Assembly: GCA_040285855.1 (NCBI GenBank) | Contig: JAUFOQ010000003.1 | Coordinates: 992,001 to 1,056,000, forward strand | Length of the DNA stretch: 64,000 bases | Source of the DNA: Eukaryota sp. GEM-RC1 | Taxonomy: Eukaryota | Direction of reading: 5' to 3' | Shown: piece by piece, positions 37,051 to 47,691 of the stretch | Layout of the letters: each line of letters begins with the position of its first letter | Numbering within the stretch: the first letter of the stretch is position 1 | Notes under the pieces: generated by a model | What the model was told of the DNA's origin: nothing | The model's input: the letters and a program-made list of their open reading frames with translations, nothing else | Database searches by the model: none | Program-made: the position numbers and the translations under genes

Positions 37051-37920
37051 TTTTACAAAGTGTCAATAAATTTTGATTAGCTTTAAATTGTGATTGATTA
37101 ATCAAAAATCATCTGACCGTTACGTAAGAAATTTCAAGTTAGTTGGATTTTTCAATTGTGGAACTACGATCCCACGTTTATTGTCATTTTCTGAAATACA
37201 GAGTCTAACGTTAAAATCCAGGCTTCCAACATTACATAATAAATAATGTTAAATTTACATATTTTCAGAGTCTAACTAAAAAAACTGTCATGTTGTAACT
37301 TATTTCCCGACAATTTAGGTTCCAACAACTGACAATCAAACAGTTGTTAATCAATCACTTTTGATAAATTAAAATTTTTTTTTGAAGCTACTATATTTCA
37401 TCAATTATCGACTAGTAAAATCGACTACATGTAGTTTCAGGTTGGACAATTAAGTGTTTATCCGCATTGGCATCGTCTTCGTCCGATTCAACCACAAAGT
37501 GCACATGGTTTTCGCTTGTAATGTCAATTATTACGCTTTGAACATTCACCTCACTAATGTCAAACATGTAAACATTCGTCACCTTTCTCCACTTATTGAT
37601 CTTCCATTGATGTATTAAACTGCCCGAAATTCAGATTTCTTTCTTCTCGCTTCAATAGAAGTTGATTAAACCACACTTCAATGACATCATCTATATGATG
37701 ATCATCTATGATCAAAATCTAGTTTCAGTATTTTTGAATATACCCTTCCACATAATAATGGCTTGCAAAAAGTTGTGTTTTCCGAACTCAAATTTTGACA
37801 CTGTACTCAAAGATAAGTTCATTTTATGAAAAAGATTTATTTAGGTACTATGTATAGATTCACAGATGCAGTATACTAAATAATCTAAAATTTGAATCAA
37901 TAAAACAACATAAATTACCA

Positions 37921-38215
37921 TCAGATCTTACAACAGCCTTGGACTCTTAAAAGGAACTCAGAACTTGTAAAGCTTGGGAAATAAGTAGCAAGATCTTCAG
38001 AAAGTTCTGGAGCAGACTTGCAAGCAGCTTTCAACAAATCAAATGAAATGCCTGAAGGTCCAGCTGCTTTACGTTTAGGAAGTCTAGCAATAGCATTTGC
38101 AACTTCAGTTGGGAAAATAGGATTATCAATCCAGAATTGACAATCTAAGTGTTTTTGTTCCATAAAAAAACGGGGTTTATGATCAGTCAGTGAAATAAAT
38201 GCATTTGCAGAAGTT
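37921..38215 (-). mobile_element. CRE-like retrotransposon: short 3' terminus (38164-38215) abutting an RT N-terminal fragment
   Basis: EVANAIARLPKRKAAGPSGISFDLLK is typical of the RT domain 0 region of CRE-clade elements; terminus ...ATAAACCCCGTTTTTTT. Confidence 0.8.
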
Positions 38216-38395
38216 CCATAAAATAGTCATCACTGACGAAAAAGTTTGTTTGAAGAAAAATATTAATGGATAACGACACCAACAATCTGTGTCTGCCTGT
38301 CTTCATTACAATTACATAGTCTTTGTTTTGTATTTATTTTTACGGAAGTGTATGTTTTGTAATCAGAAGTTATTCAAATAACAATATTTTGTTAC

Positions 38396-39128
38396 ATGTC
38401 AGAAGTCATCCCCTCTCCAGAACCGTCTGGCCAATCTCCTGAACGTTTCTTAGAAGAGGAACTGCCCGAAGAAGCCAATGAGAAAATTGCTTCCAAGCTT
38501 CAGCAGTCATCAACTGGATACACGCAGCCACCAGCTTCCAAGCGATTAGTGATTCCACCATTAAACACAGTTTCCGCTGTTGTTCGGTTTTTGGTTGTCC
38601 TACTCACCCTTGGGATTTCCATCTCTTGTTTCCTGATTCTATGTTTCGGACGCACCGGATCTGTCACTGTTTTGCGTGATGTACAACACTTCTTCCTCAA
38701 TTTGCAAACCTACACCTTCAATAAGGATTCCATTATGGAGTTCTACCATCGCATCTCAGATCATGTTGTCATGGAGTTGAAGAAGGATAACTATCATTTC
38801 CGATTTGGCATGATGATGCTCATTCTACCCTGGATGGTCATGGCTCATTTGAAGAAATCTCTCTACATCAAGGCAAAAGACAATGTATTAAACGTCCGTG
38901 CTGCTGCAGTCAATGTCCTTCATCACTCTGACGGAGAGGAATTCACCATTGAACAGCTCCATAAAGAGGTACTGAAGCACTACCCCATCAAACATCATTT
39001 CATTGTCAATCGTTTGTGGTCTAAGGTTGCTGGAAGCCTTGATGACATCATCAAAGCTGGTGGAGCCATTAAAAGAAAAAACCATTGACGTCCCAAGTGG
39101 CACTCAAGATCTGTACTATGCAGAATAG
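38396..39128 (+). CDS. Two-TM protein, possible Man1/Src1 C-terminal (MSC) winged-helix inner nuclear membrane protein
   Basis: Disordered N-terminus, two hydrophobic segments, then FTIEQLHKEVL...RLWSKV. The ORF stops at 39088, or at 39128 if one A is removed from 39076-81. The family call is tentative. Confidence 0.55.
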
Positions 39129-39251
39129 CTCAATTTGCAAACTTGAATAAGAGCTACTTCAACTGTGCGTTGATAACTTTTTGCTTAAATAAATATAACG
39201 AACTTTTATTGATCCAAATAACTTAATTATACCGAATTAAAATACAATTCT

Positions 39252-40204
39252 TCACCTACACCAGAACACTTTCCCTGCATCATTAACAGATTCCACTTCC
39301 TTATTGGCTTCCACAGCACGACAGACACGAGGCCATATATAACGGAATTGCATCTGATCCTGTTTATTTGGTAATCCTTGGATAAATCCTTCAAAGAGAA
39401 GAGTGGCATCAACAGCACCAGAACTCTGTAGTTGGTGAAGGATAGCGGAAACACAACAGTTGACGTTCTTGTTGATGATGGAATTCTTCTTGGCGACGTG
39501 GTACATGATCAAAAAGCAGAAGATGAAGAGAGTTGGGATGTAGAATACAGGTTCCAGTAAGTAAGATGACAGAAGTCCTTTGCCGGCGGTAGAAAACGTA
39601 AACACTGCAAACTCACGAAATCCAATGAGTAGAACAAGAACGGCGTCCATGAGGTGTTGTAGAATCGGACGATGTGTAGCAAAAATGGTTTTAGAGCACA
39701 AGAAAAGGGCACTTGTTTACAGATTCTCGTGGGGTAGCTGTGGCAGTGATACAAAAAGAGAACAAACGCCAGCAGAGCGAACATCGAGAGTAACATCGAT
39801 ACAACCAACTTCACAGGAGAAAACTTACAACTGTATACGGCTGGTACAAAAACTACAGACAAAGGCTCAGAAGGTGAATGGTGTGATTGTGGATCTTCAT
39901 CCTCCGATTCATATTGTACAACAGAATTGTCTTCGTGTGGGGAATCTAGAACATGATGGGGAGATGGGGAATCGCCGAAATCAAGTGGAACAGATTCTGG
40001 GGTATTTTGAACAGATTCTGGTGACAGTTGAACAGATTCGGGTGATAACTGGATGTCTGGTGAAGACTGAAGGTCAGGTTGCGTTGATTCTTGATGAAGA
40101 GAAGACGAAGGGTATGGACGTGATTCAGGTTCTGGCGATTGTGCTGCCCGCTTCGCCATAGAGCGAGTCACGCGTTGGGGAGTGCTTTTGTATCGCCGAA
40201 CCAT
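39252..40204 (-). CDS. Membrane protein with MSC-like C-terminus (LEM2/MAN1/Heh-like, no LEM domain seen)
   Basis: Basic N-terminus, QLSPESV repeats, TM segments, C-terminal YIWPRVCRAVEANKEVESVNDAGKVFWC. The two ORFs join by adding one base at 39716-18. Confidence 0.6.
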
Positions 40205-40469
40205 TCCAATACAAAAGAAATCAATTAAAACTAAATCGAAACAACTTCTTCGTTTTGGAAATTGGATTTACTAGTACAATAATAGTCCTTATTTGTAGTT
40301 AGATTCTTGTTGTGTGTTTTTCTCAATAGAATACATTAACCTTCACACTAATTGATGTTTGTAACAGGTCGTGTGTTTGAAAGACATTAGAATCTTCATT
40401 TAATCTGTGAAACTCTGATAATATGAGTCCCTCTTTTTGTGCTTTTTTCAATGGTATTTCTTCAAGCTC

Positions 40470-41284
40470 TGCGTCTTCATTTGTTTTTCGTTTGCCAAGA
40501 AAATTTTGTTTTAATCTTAAGGAACATGATTGGCTCATAAAAATGAGACTGAGGTTAGGTTTATGGCCTTCAGGTCTTTTGAAGCATTCTCCATGTCTTT
40601 GTGGTCGTTCAAAAACCCTCAAATTTTCATCATTTAGTTAACTGCCATCAATTAATTCATTTTAGATCAATTATTCACAACAGTATCCGGGATACCTGTT
40701 TGGATATGTTTAAAGCTAATGGTTTTCATGGAAATATTAAACCTTTACTTGCTAATCTTTCTGATCAGCCAAAAGTTGATAGATGTCGTGGTGATTTGAT
40801 TGGTCCTTGGTTGTCTTGTCAGGAAATTAGCATGGATTTCACAACTGGTGATCCTTGTAATTCAAAATGAATTTTCAAAATTTTTGATAATGATTTTTCT
40901 GCTCTTAAAGTGGCTGAAAAAGGAAAAAAAGTACAAATACTATAACTTAATTAACCAATTGAATGTTGACAGGTACAATTCTATTGTGTTTCAACCGTTT
41001 GCGATGTCGATATACGGTAATATTGGACCAGCTGCACAAGGTTTTTTAACTTCCTTTGGTAAATTGTGTGCGGAGTACGGTAAAGATTTTAATGAAAATT
41101 TTTGGTTGAGTAGGTTAACGTTTGCGTTGTTTTGTTCAATGCACAGATATTTTAATTCAATTTTAGGTAAGTTGTTCGGTGATGGACAGAAGGATCATAG
41201 TTTAGATACTTTGGTTAGTTTCTGATATTTTTGACTTTCTGCAAATGCATTAATTTCACTGATTGATCATAAATTCCGTTTTTT
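40470..41284 (+). mobile_element. Longest fragment of the CRE-like RLE non-LTR retrotransposon (C-terminal ORF plus 3' UTR), frameshifted
   Basis: MRLRLGL, CLCG...HHLVNC zinc knuckle, IHNSIRD, RGDLIGP...MDFTT, KYKYY, FQPFAMSIYG: the motif order of restriction-like endonuclease retroelements. Confidence 0.88.
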
Positions 41285-41942
41285 AATCTATTATCAGTCG
41301 CAGAAAACTTGAAAACTACAAATAGAAGAAATAAACAATTTGTCACTACTGTTGGAGTATTCTTTTGGCATCTAAAAAATAGAACGCTGACAGAGAATCA
41401 ATTTCTACAAAAACAAGTGAGGGCTTCTATTCAACAAAAACAAACTGTTCTATTTAATATGAATGGAATTTACAGTCTACCCTCAATCTGGTGACTGCTA
41501 TACCGATGTCACTAAATCGAGAGTAGATGAGTGATGTACAAAAATAGTAGCCGTACATACTTTCCGTTTTGTGACAGTTGCTGTTTTTTATGACCAGTTT
41601 GAAACGAAGTGAGAATACGAAAATTACGGAAAACTATTTTTAGAATTGAAGAAAATCATTCAACAACAAACGATTATTAAAACCACGATCATTCACGAAT
41701 CAGAACCAGTGTCACAAAGGTCTTCTGAATGGCCTGTATGCAGAACCGCTTCAACAGTGTCCAATAGCTTATCATTGATCGACAAAATAGACTGAGACAG
41801 AGTAGTTCACGAAACCAATGTACTGTGAAACAAGAAGTCAATTTACTTCGTTTCTTTTATAATTACAGATATTTTAGAAACCAACAAATTTACAGTCAAA
41901 AAATCAATGAAGAACTAGCGCACAAACTAATGAAAAACACCT

Positions 41943-44111
41943 TTACTGCCACCTTTTCCAGTAAGAAACCCATTTAAAAGTTATTTGTTCCACTTCTTTA
42001 ACATAGGTTTCAATTGTCATGAATAATTCCTTAGATCTTGATTTAGAATTTTCAAGAATATTTGTAATATCATTTTTAGGAGGCGCACAATCGTTCAATA
42101 TCTTGGGATTAGTAGAATTTTTAATACAAGATCCCATTGCTGAACACATTAACGACAAACCGACTTCAGTTGGGAAATTTCTGTCAATTTTCAATTTTGT
42201 CAAACTCAATGACGGTAAAACACCAGAAAGCTGTCTAAAACATTCATCACCACACGAATTATTTGAAATATCCAGACTGAAAAGCTTCGGAAGTCGATGA
42301 AGTTCCATAATGATCGGACGCAGCGCTGCTTCCAACTTGAACTTGGATCCACCAATGAGTCCTAAATATTCCAAATTATTTAAATTTTCAAAAGACCTGA
42401 CAAGACCATCAACAGCTTCGGTATGAGAAAACTTACCCATAGAATTGACCAACTCCAACGACTTTAAAGGAACTTTCGAAGTGAGAGAAAGCAAAAAAGA
42501 ACGCTGAATGGGAGATGAAATATTTGGAATATTAAGAGACAAATTCTCAAAAAACCGCGCCACCCCCTCACACTTCTCATTAACCCCTTCTTCAAGTTCC
42601 CGTCCCTTCTCCTCTGCATCTAAAGAAGAAACAGAAGTTCTAGCTGTCAAAACCTCCAACAAAGAAGGTGAATCTTTAGACTTGAATGACTTTCCTCCTA
42701 TATGAATAAAAGGAAGATGATCCACAGAGAGATTTCGAAGAGCAGAAATGATAAGTAAACAATTGGAAATTGATAACTCACAGTCAGTTATATTGACTGT
42801 ACTCAGAGATTGAAGCTCTCGGACAGTATTAGCAAAGGCCTGAACCTGGAGGTCAGAATTGAAGGGATTTTTTGAGATATTTAAAACTTTCAGGTTTTGT
42901 TGTTGGCCTGGTAATCCTGCTTTACAGAGAGCTCCAATGTTAACTTTCGAGTTAGACATGTCCAATTCCACTAACTTAGTTAGCTTCCGTAGACTAACTT
43001 CAACAACTTCAACTGCAGAACCAATAGAGTTACCAGACACGTCCAAAACACGTAGAGAATCACCTAAAAACTCATCATCACCCTTAGTCAAACTTTCAAA
43101 CAACACAGTAACACCACGAGGAGACAAGTTACAATGGGGAAGGCAGAGAACAATGGGATGTTGGAGAGAGGTTAGAGAAGTAAGAAAGTGGGTTATGCCG
43201 AAATCACCAAAGTCACAAAAGCTGAAATCCCAAAACACAATCTTGCATTCTGAATTAGTGGAAAGCTCTTTGAAAACTGATTCGTAAACATTTGGATATT
43301 GTTTCATGTGCTTTAAAGACAATGCTTGAAGTGACTGGTTTTTGCTGAGTAGAAACTTTAGACTATTTAAAACTTCATTGGCAAGATGGGGTTTCTCTAG
43401 TTTTCTTGAAGGAATTGGCTTGATAAAGGGTTTCGCAGCAGGAATTCCAGAGAATTCAACAGTAAGACGGGTTACGGAGGAGAAAACAGTGGCAGTGTAG
43501 AGAATTGCACACGATCTTCCCAGCCCCCGTTTACAAGAGATTCGGGAATCAAGGGCGAGTTTGGAGGTAGGATTCTCTTGAGCAGAGAGGAGGAGGTGGG
43601 AGGTTATAGGGTCAGGAGTACAGTGGCATTGGTCGCAGTAGGACTGATAGGACAGAAGAATGTCTTTGGGATATGAAGTTGTACATTTGGCGAGGAGAGC
43701 AGAAGGCGCGTAGATCTGAGTAAAGGGTTCTTCTAAATAACCGTTGGTTTGCTTGTAAATGGATTCAATGAGTTTGATGACAAAAGCTTCTAAATTTGGT
43801 CCGAGGTCAAACTCAAGCCAATAAGTAGAAGAATCGTGTTGTTCAAGAGGTAAATCTATCCGGAGATTGCTTCTGGTAGTTACTGTTAGGCGGTACAGTT
43901 CGTTAAGATGGAAGTTTTGACGGAGGACACGTTTCTTCTTATGACACTTGATGATAAGAATACGGAATCCGTCGGAAGTCAAGACGATGAGGCGATCTCC
44001 AGCTTGTTCTTCTCTCATTTTTACGGCGCGGACAGCTATCAATGGTTCTTGTCCAAGGAGTTCCGAGGCGACCCAATGTCTATCAGTGCTGTCCAATTCA
44101 TAGGAGGCCAT
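41943..44111 (-). CDS. RNI-like leucine-rich repeat protein with PH-like N-terminus (CARMIL-like)
   Basis: LRRs LRVLDVSGNSIG, LVELDMSNS, LKVLNISKNPF, LFSLDISNNSCGD. N-terminal DRLIVLTS...NFHLNEL resembles the CARMIL PH domain (tentative). Confidence 0.75.
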   Translation of the reverse strand: MASYELDSTDRHWVASELLGQEPLIAVRAVKMREEQAGDRLIVLTSDGFRILIIKCHKKKRVLRQNFHLNELYRLTVTTRSNLRIDLPLEQHDSSTYWLEFDLGPNLEAFVIKLIESIYKQTNGYLEEPFTQIYAPSALLAKCTTSYPKDILLSYQSYCDQCHCTPDPITSHLLLSAQENPTSKLALDSRISCKRGLGRSCAILYTATVFSSVTRLTVEFSGIPAAKPFIKPIPSRKLEKPHLANEVLNSLKFLLSKNQSLQALSLKHMKQYPNVYESVFKELSTNSECKIVFWDFSFCDFGDFGITHFLTSLTSLQHPIVLCLPHCNLSPRGVTVLFESLTKGDDEFLGDSLRVLDVSGNSIGSAVEVVEVSLRKLTKLVELDMSNSKVNIGALCKAGLPGQQQNLKVLNISKNPFNSDLQVQAFANTVRELQSLSTVNITDCELSISNCLLIISALRNLSVDHLPFIHIGGKSFKSKDSPSLLEVLTARTSVSSLDAEEKGRELEEGVNEKCEGVARFFENLSLNIPNISSPIQRSFLLSLTSKVPLKSLELVNSMGKFSHTEAVDGLVRSFENLNNLEYLGLIGGSKFKLEAALRPIIMELHRLPKLFSLDISNNSCGDECFRQLSGVLPSLSLTKLKIDRNFPTEVGLSLMCSAMGSCIKNSTNPKILNDCAPPKNDITNILENSKSRSKELFMTIETYVKEVEQITFKWVSYWKRWQ

Positions 44112-44486
44112 GAGAAAAAACTAATCTAGAATCAGCGCAAATCGAATCAATCAAAAACTTTTGTTTCTCCAGCTGACTAGGATGTCCTTCAGATGATGCA
44201 ACATATTTGCTCCATGGAATAGAATCAGTCAGTGTAATGGTGGACAATGATTTCGAGCACAGTAAATGTATATAATGAATTTGGGCCAATCGATCAGATC
44301 TACATTATATTATCGAATTCTAATTTGATCGAAATGGAAAAAGAGATACATGTACTTTGTACTTTGACTGTCTGTATAACGAGAATCTTATAGACAAAAC
44401 ACTTCCCTCAGCTATTAAGGAACGACAAACATCAAAAGTTAACAACAAAAGTTGTCTAACCCAAATAACGCATAACATACAATAAA

Positions 44487-45160
44487 CTATTTTTTGGCAA
44501 AACTAACTTCAATGGCACTTCCCTGCACTGATATTCCATTAACATCCTGTAGACAAAGAGCAGCCTCTGATTCGTTAGAAAACTCTACAAAAGCAAATCC
44601 TGCTCTTCCAGGAACAAGTGTCACAGATTGGAATCCAGTAAATTTATCAAAGATCGCCTTTAGAGCCTCCTGGGACATGGAATGAGGTAATCCCTTGATG
44701 AATAGAACCTTATTAGGACCAACAACTTCAGTGCTTTCTCGTACTTGCTTCGGTTTGGGCTTAGCCTCCTCTGGAAGAGAACTGGAGGTACGTTTTCCAA
44801 TACTCGGCTGTTGTTGAAGTCGTGTCTCAATTTTGACTTTTCGTTGTTCTGCCCGTTGAGGTAGAACTGTCGGATCAAAGGTACCCTCAGCTTTGGCAAC
44901 AACATCGCTTTTTGATTTGGCAAACTGTATCTTCATGTGTTTTCCTAGAAATTCGCTGTCATGTAGGGATTCTTTGGCATTAACAGCATTAGATAAATCA
45001 CGAAAGACTATAAAAGCTTGGCCTCGACCACGTAAAGTTTTACAAGCCACGATATCAAGAATAGGACCAATTCAGCAAAACGACCATAAAGAGATCGTTT
45101 TAGAAGAGCTAGTTGTATCTTTTCATTAAGATTCTGTACATAAAGAGTTTGATTGCTCAT
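44487..45160 (-). CDS. U1A/U2B''/SNF-family spliceosomal protein (two RRMs)
   Basis: MSNQTLYVQNLNEKI...GPILDIVACKTLRGRGQAFIVF...MKIQFAKSKSD; RRM2 PNKVLFIKGLP...VSFAKK. One base is missing at 45069-70. Confidence 0.93.
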
Positions 45161-45221
45161 AACCAAAGAAAAAGTAATTCAAAAGAGAAAAAGAACTGTC
45201 ACTGTCAATTCAACAAGACCA

Positions 45222-45668
45222 ATGGTAGTTATCCACACCAAGACTTCTTCTCTTCCACTCCAAATCTGTCTTTTTCTAAACAAATGGCTTTTAATCGGTA
45301 CAGTAGTATTTTGGGGTGGCCAGATTCTGACCGGAAACACATCTACTGCTTTTCTGTGGTTGAAGTTTCTATTTTTTGTCTTTGATTCTTTTCGCCTACT
45401 GTTGGGCTATCATGGTAACCTAAAAGGACAATTATTCTCGCTTTCTGCTTTTACCGTTTTCTCTTTCTTTCCTCAGTCTCTTCTTCTTAGTCTTATCTTT
45501 TTGTTTTTTGGTAACCAAATGGGTTTTGTTGACTCTACTTTTTTTGCCATTCAGTTCGTTTTCCTTGTTGCTGGTTTTGGTTTTTCTTTGCTTGTCATAA
45601 CCAAGTTCTTTTCACATCCTTCTAGGCGCTATGCTAACCTAAATAGAGTTCTGTCCCACGATGACTAA
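45222..45668 (+). CDS. TMEM17/TMEM216/TMEM80-family ciliary transition-zone membrane protein
   Basis: SSLPLQICLFLN and RLLLGYHGNL signatures; four hydrophobic segments. Confidence 0.8.
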   Translation: MVVIHTKTSSLPLQICLFLNKWLLIGTVVFWGGQILTGNTSTAFLWLKFLFFVFDSFRLLLGYHGNLKGQLFSLSAFTVFSFFPQSLLLSLIFLFFGNQMGFVDSTFFAIQFVFLVAGFGFSLLVITKFFSHPSRRYANLNRVLSHDD

Positions 45669-45818
45669 CTAGTTTATGGAGTTGTACAATTTACCCAACT
45701 ACAGTTAATGAACTTCTATTTCTTAAGAGAGTTTATTCTCTTCTAGATTTCAAGCGGTCTGCTGTCGAAATTAGGGTAAATGAGAGCAATGAGTATATAA
45801 CACTGTTGATTACTCTTA

Positions 45819-46529
45819 TTAACACATTGTTTTTTCAATGGAAACAGTCAAACTGGATAGGTTAACAGCAAAATGATTGATTATAGCTGGAATTATATGA
45901 TTGGTTTTCAGTGCAAAAGCTGTCTGTGAAGACGAGAATGATGCTATGGCCAAAAATGCAGATAGATTTGATGACAACGGTCCTTTTTGAATTGTATCAA
46001 CATGAGCCAAACTTATCAATAAAGATGTCATGACGATTGTTATGTGGTTTGACCAATACTGTTCTAGATATTGAGCCAAGAAACCATTAAAAAAGACCTC
46101 TTCGCAAACAGCTGGAAATAGAGCAATGTTAAGTATTTCAGTTAAACTCGAGGATCGCACTGCAAAACAATCAGGACAGAGTCGTAGGAAAAGAAGGTGG
46201 TATGTTAGTGGATATAGCGAGAGCAAAATCCAAAACATAGCTACCACTCTTGATCGCCTTAGTACACGAGTTACAAAGATGGAGCGAACAAGAAGTGATA
46301 ATGAGGGAAGTGCTACGCAAGTGATCAGTCCTGATAGCAGCAACTTCACAAAATCTGTATCAAAACCAGATATAAACGATATACTGAAAGAATATACGAA
46401 AGCATATCCAACAAAGAAAAGATAAGCGATCGGTATAGAAGGAAGTACTAATATCGGGCCAATCATTGACGTAGGAGAAATCTGTTTTATAATAATCGAT
46501 GTCCAGATATGCAGAATAAGAAGATCCAA
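45819..46529 (-). CDS. CPBP (type II CAAX protease/Abi) family intramembrane protein; start uncertain (46466 or 46542)
   Basis: Motifs PAVCEEVFFNG, LISLAH and HFAVN in a multi-TM protein. Confidence 0.75.
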   Translation of the reverse strand: MDLLILHIWTSIIIKQISPTSMIGPILVLPSIPIAYLFFVGYAFVYSFSISFISGFDTDFVKLLLSGLITCVALPSLSLLVRSIFVTRVLRRSRVVAMFWILLSLYPLTYHLLFLRLCPDCFAVRSSSLTEILNIALFPAVCEEVFFNGFLAQYLEQYWSNHITIVMTSLLISLAHVDTIQKGPLSSNLSAFLAIASFSSSQTAFALKTNHIIPAIINHFAVNLSSLTVSIEKTMC

Positions 46530-46574
46530 ATCAAAAAAGCATATCTATAGAGAAACTAAATGTGGAGAATACAT

Positions 46575-46884
46575 CTACTGGGCTTTGGGTCTGTATTGAC
46601 ATCCAACAGTGAGACGAGCCTTACCACCCTGGTGTAAATTAAGACAAGAAAGAACCATACCATAGGTTGGGCCAAAACGGATCCACAGCCGGAACAAGTA
46701 ACGACAGTGGTAGCATGAGAGAAAACTGTTGTGCTGTGATTATGAAGATGTCATAGACATACATTTGTTTGCAGCCTGAGCATCTAACATCCATGAAGCA
46801 AGAGTTAGGAGCAGGAACAAGACGCTTCATTTTGTGTCTGCGGGCTTCAACGTCTTTGGGGGGGTTAAGGAGATCGGTGTACAT
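46575..46884 (-). CDS. RPS27: 40S ribosomal protein eS27 (introns 46734-46762 and 46629-46660; probable 5'UTR intron 46893-46927)
   Basis: Spliced product MYTDLLNPP...[66 protein letters not shown]. Confidence 0.97.
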
Positions 46885-46925
46885 GTGAGATTCTGGGGTA
46901 AAACGAGAGACGTTAATGCATACTT

Positions 46926-46944
46926 ACGAAAAAGGGAAAAGAGG
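46926..46944 (-). promoter_or_regulatory. Polypyrimidine TCT/5'TOP-like element upstream of RPS27
   Basis: CCTCTTTTCCCTTTTTCGT; its final GT is the donor of the putative 5'UTR intron. Confidence 0.55.
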
Positions 46945-47046
46945 ACTTCCTCTCTCACCATCATACTACTGACATCCCATTCCCCACATCAGCTATATTA
47001 GATACAATCAGCTAATGAGGTTTATTTATACACTCTCAACATAAAT

Positions 47047-47657
47047 CTATTTCAGACGTCCTTTTCTGAAAGTTGCCTTTTCAGAGGTATCATAACCCAA
47101 CTTCAACTCCCCACGATGTATTATCTTCAGTGGTGTTGCTTTTGTTTTTAGCTTTTGATATTTTTGATCAAAAAATTTGCTTCTGGATACCACTGGTTGC
47201 ATTTTAGTTTTCGCTGAGTTACTGTTTTTTACTGGCGCAATAGTTTTAATAGGTGATTTGCCTTCTTGTTTCTGACGTGCTCGTTCATATGCCATTTTTT
47301 CAACATTTCCCTTTCCGAAAACAAGTTGTTATAAAGAGTTGCCCATGATTCTGGATTTGTCTTCGAATCTACTTTCATTGGAAAATGTGATCTGCAATAC
47401 TTTTCCCAAACATAATCAAAGTGGTCAGATAGAGCAGCATTAAGCTCCATAATTCTTTTGAAGTTGTCGAAGGACAGATGTTCAACTACATTTGTAAGAG
47501 CTAGCGGTGGTATTTCACCTAAGAATCCTAGGCTACTTTGTTGACTCAAGAGGGACTGCTCAGCTAGTTGTTGCAGTCTGGGGATATAAACCTCCTCACC
47601 AGTATTAGATCTATCATGGGTTAAGTCTGCTTGAGAAAGTCGCAAAAGTGTGGTCAT
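47047..47657 (-). CDS. ELOA: Elongin A-like protein (start uncertain)
   Basis: BC-box-like IPRLQQLAEQSL, then LGEIPPLALTNVVEHL...VWEKYCRSHF...ESWATLY. One base is missing at 47295-300. Confidence 0.75.
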
Positions 47658-47691
47658 CAAAGAACAGAATCTTTTACCTGCGTTTTGGTTT

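Noticed and set aside
37410..37640. Minus-strand open frame of about 70 codons
   Set aside because: No family similarity recognised and no convincing start; probably a relic.
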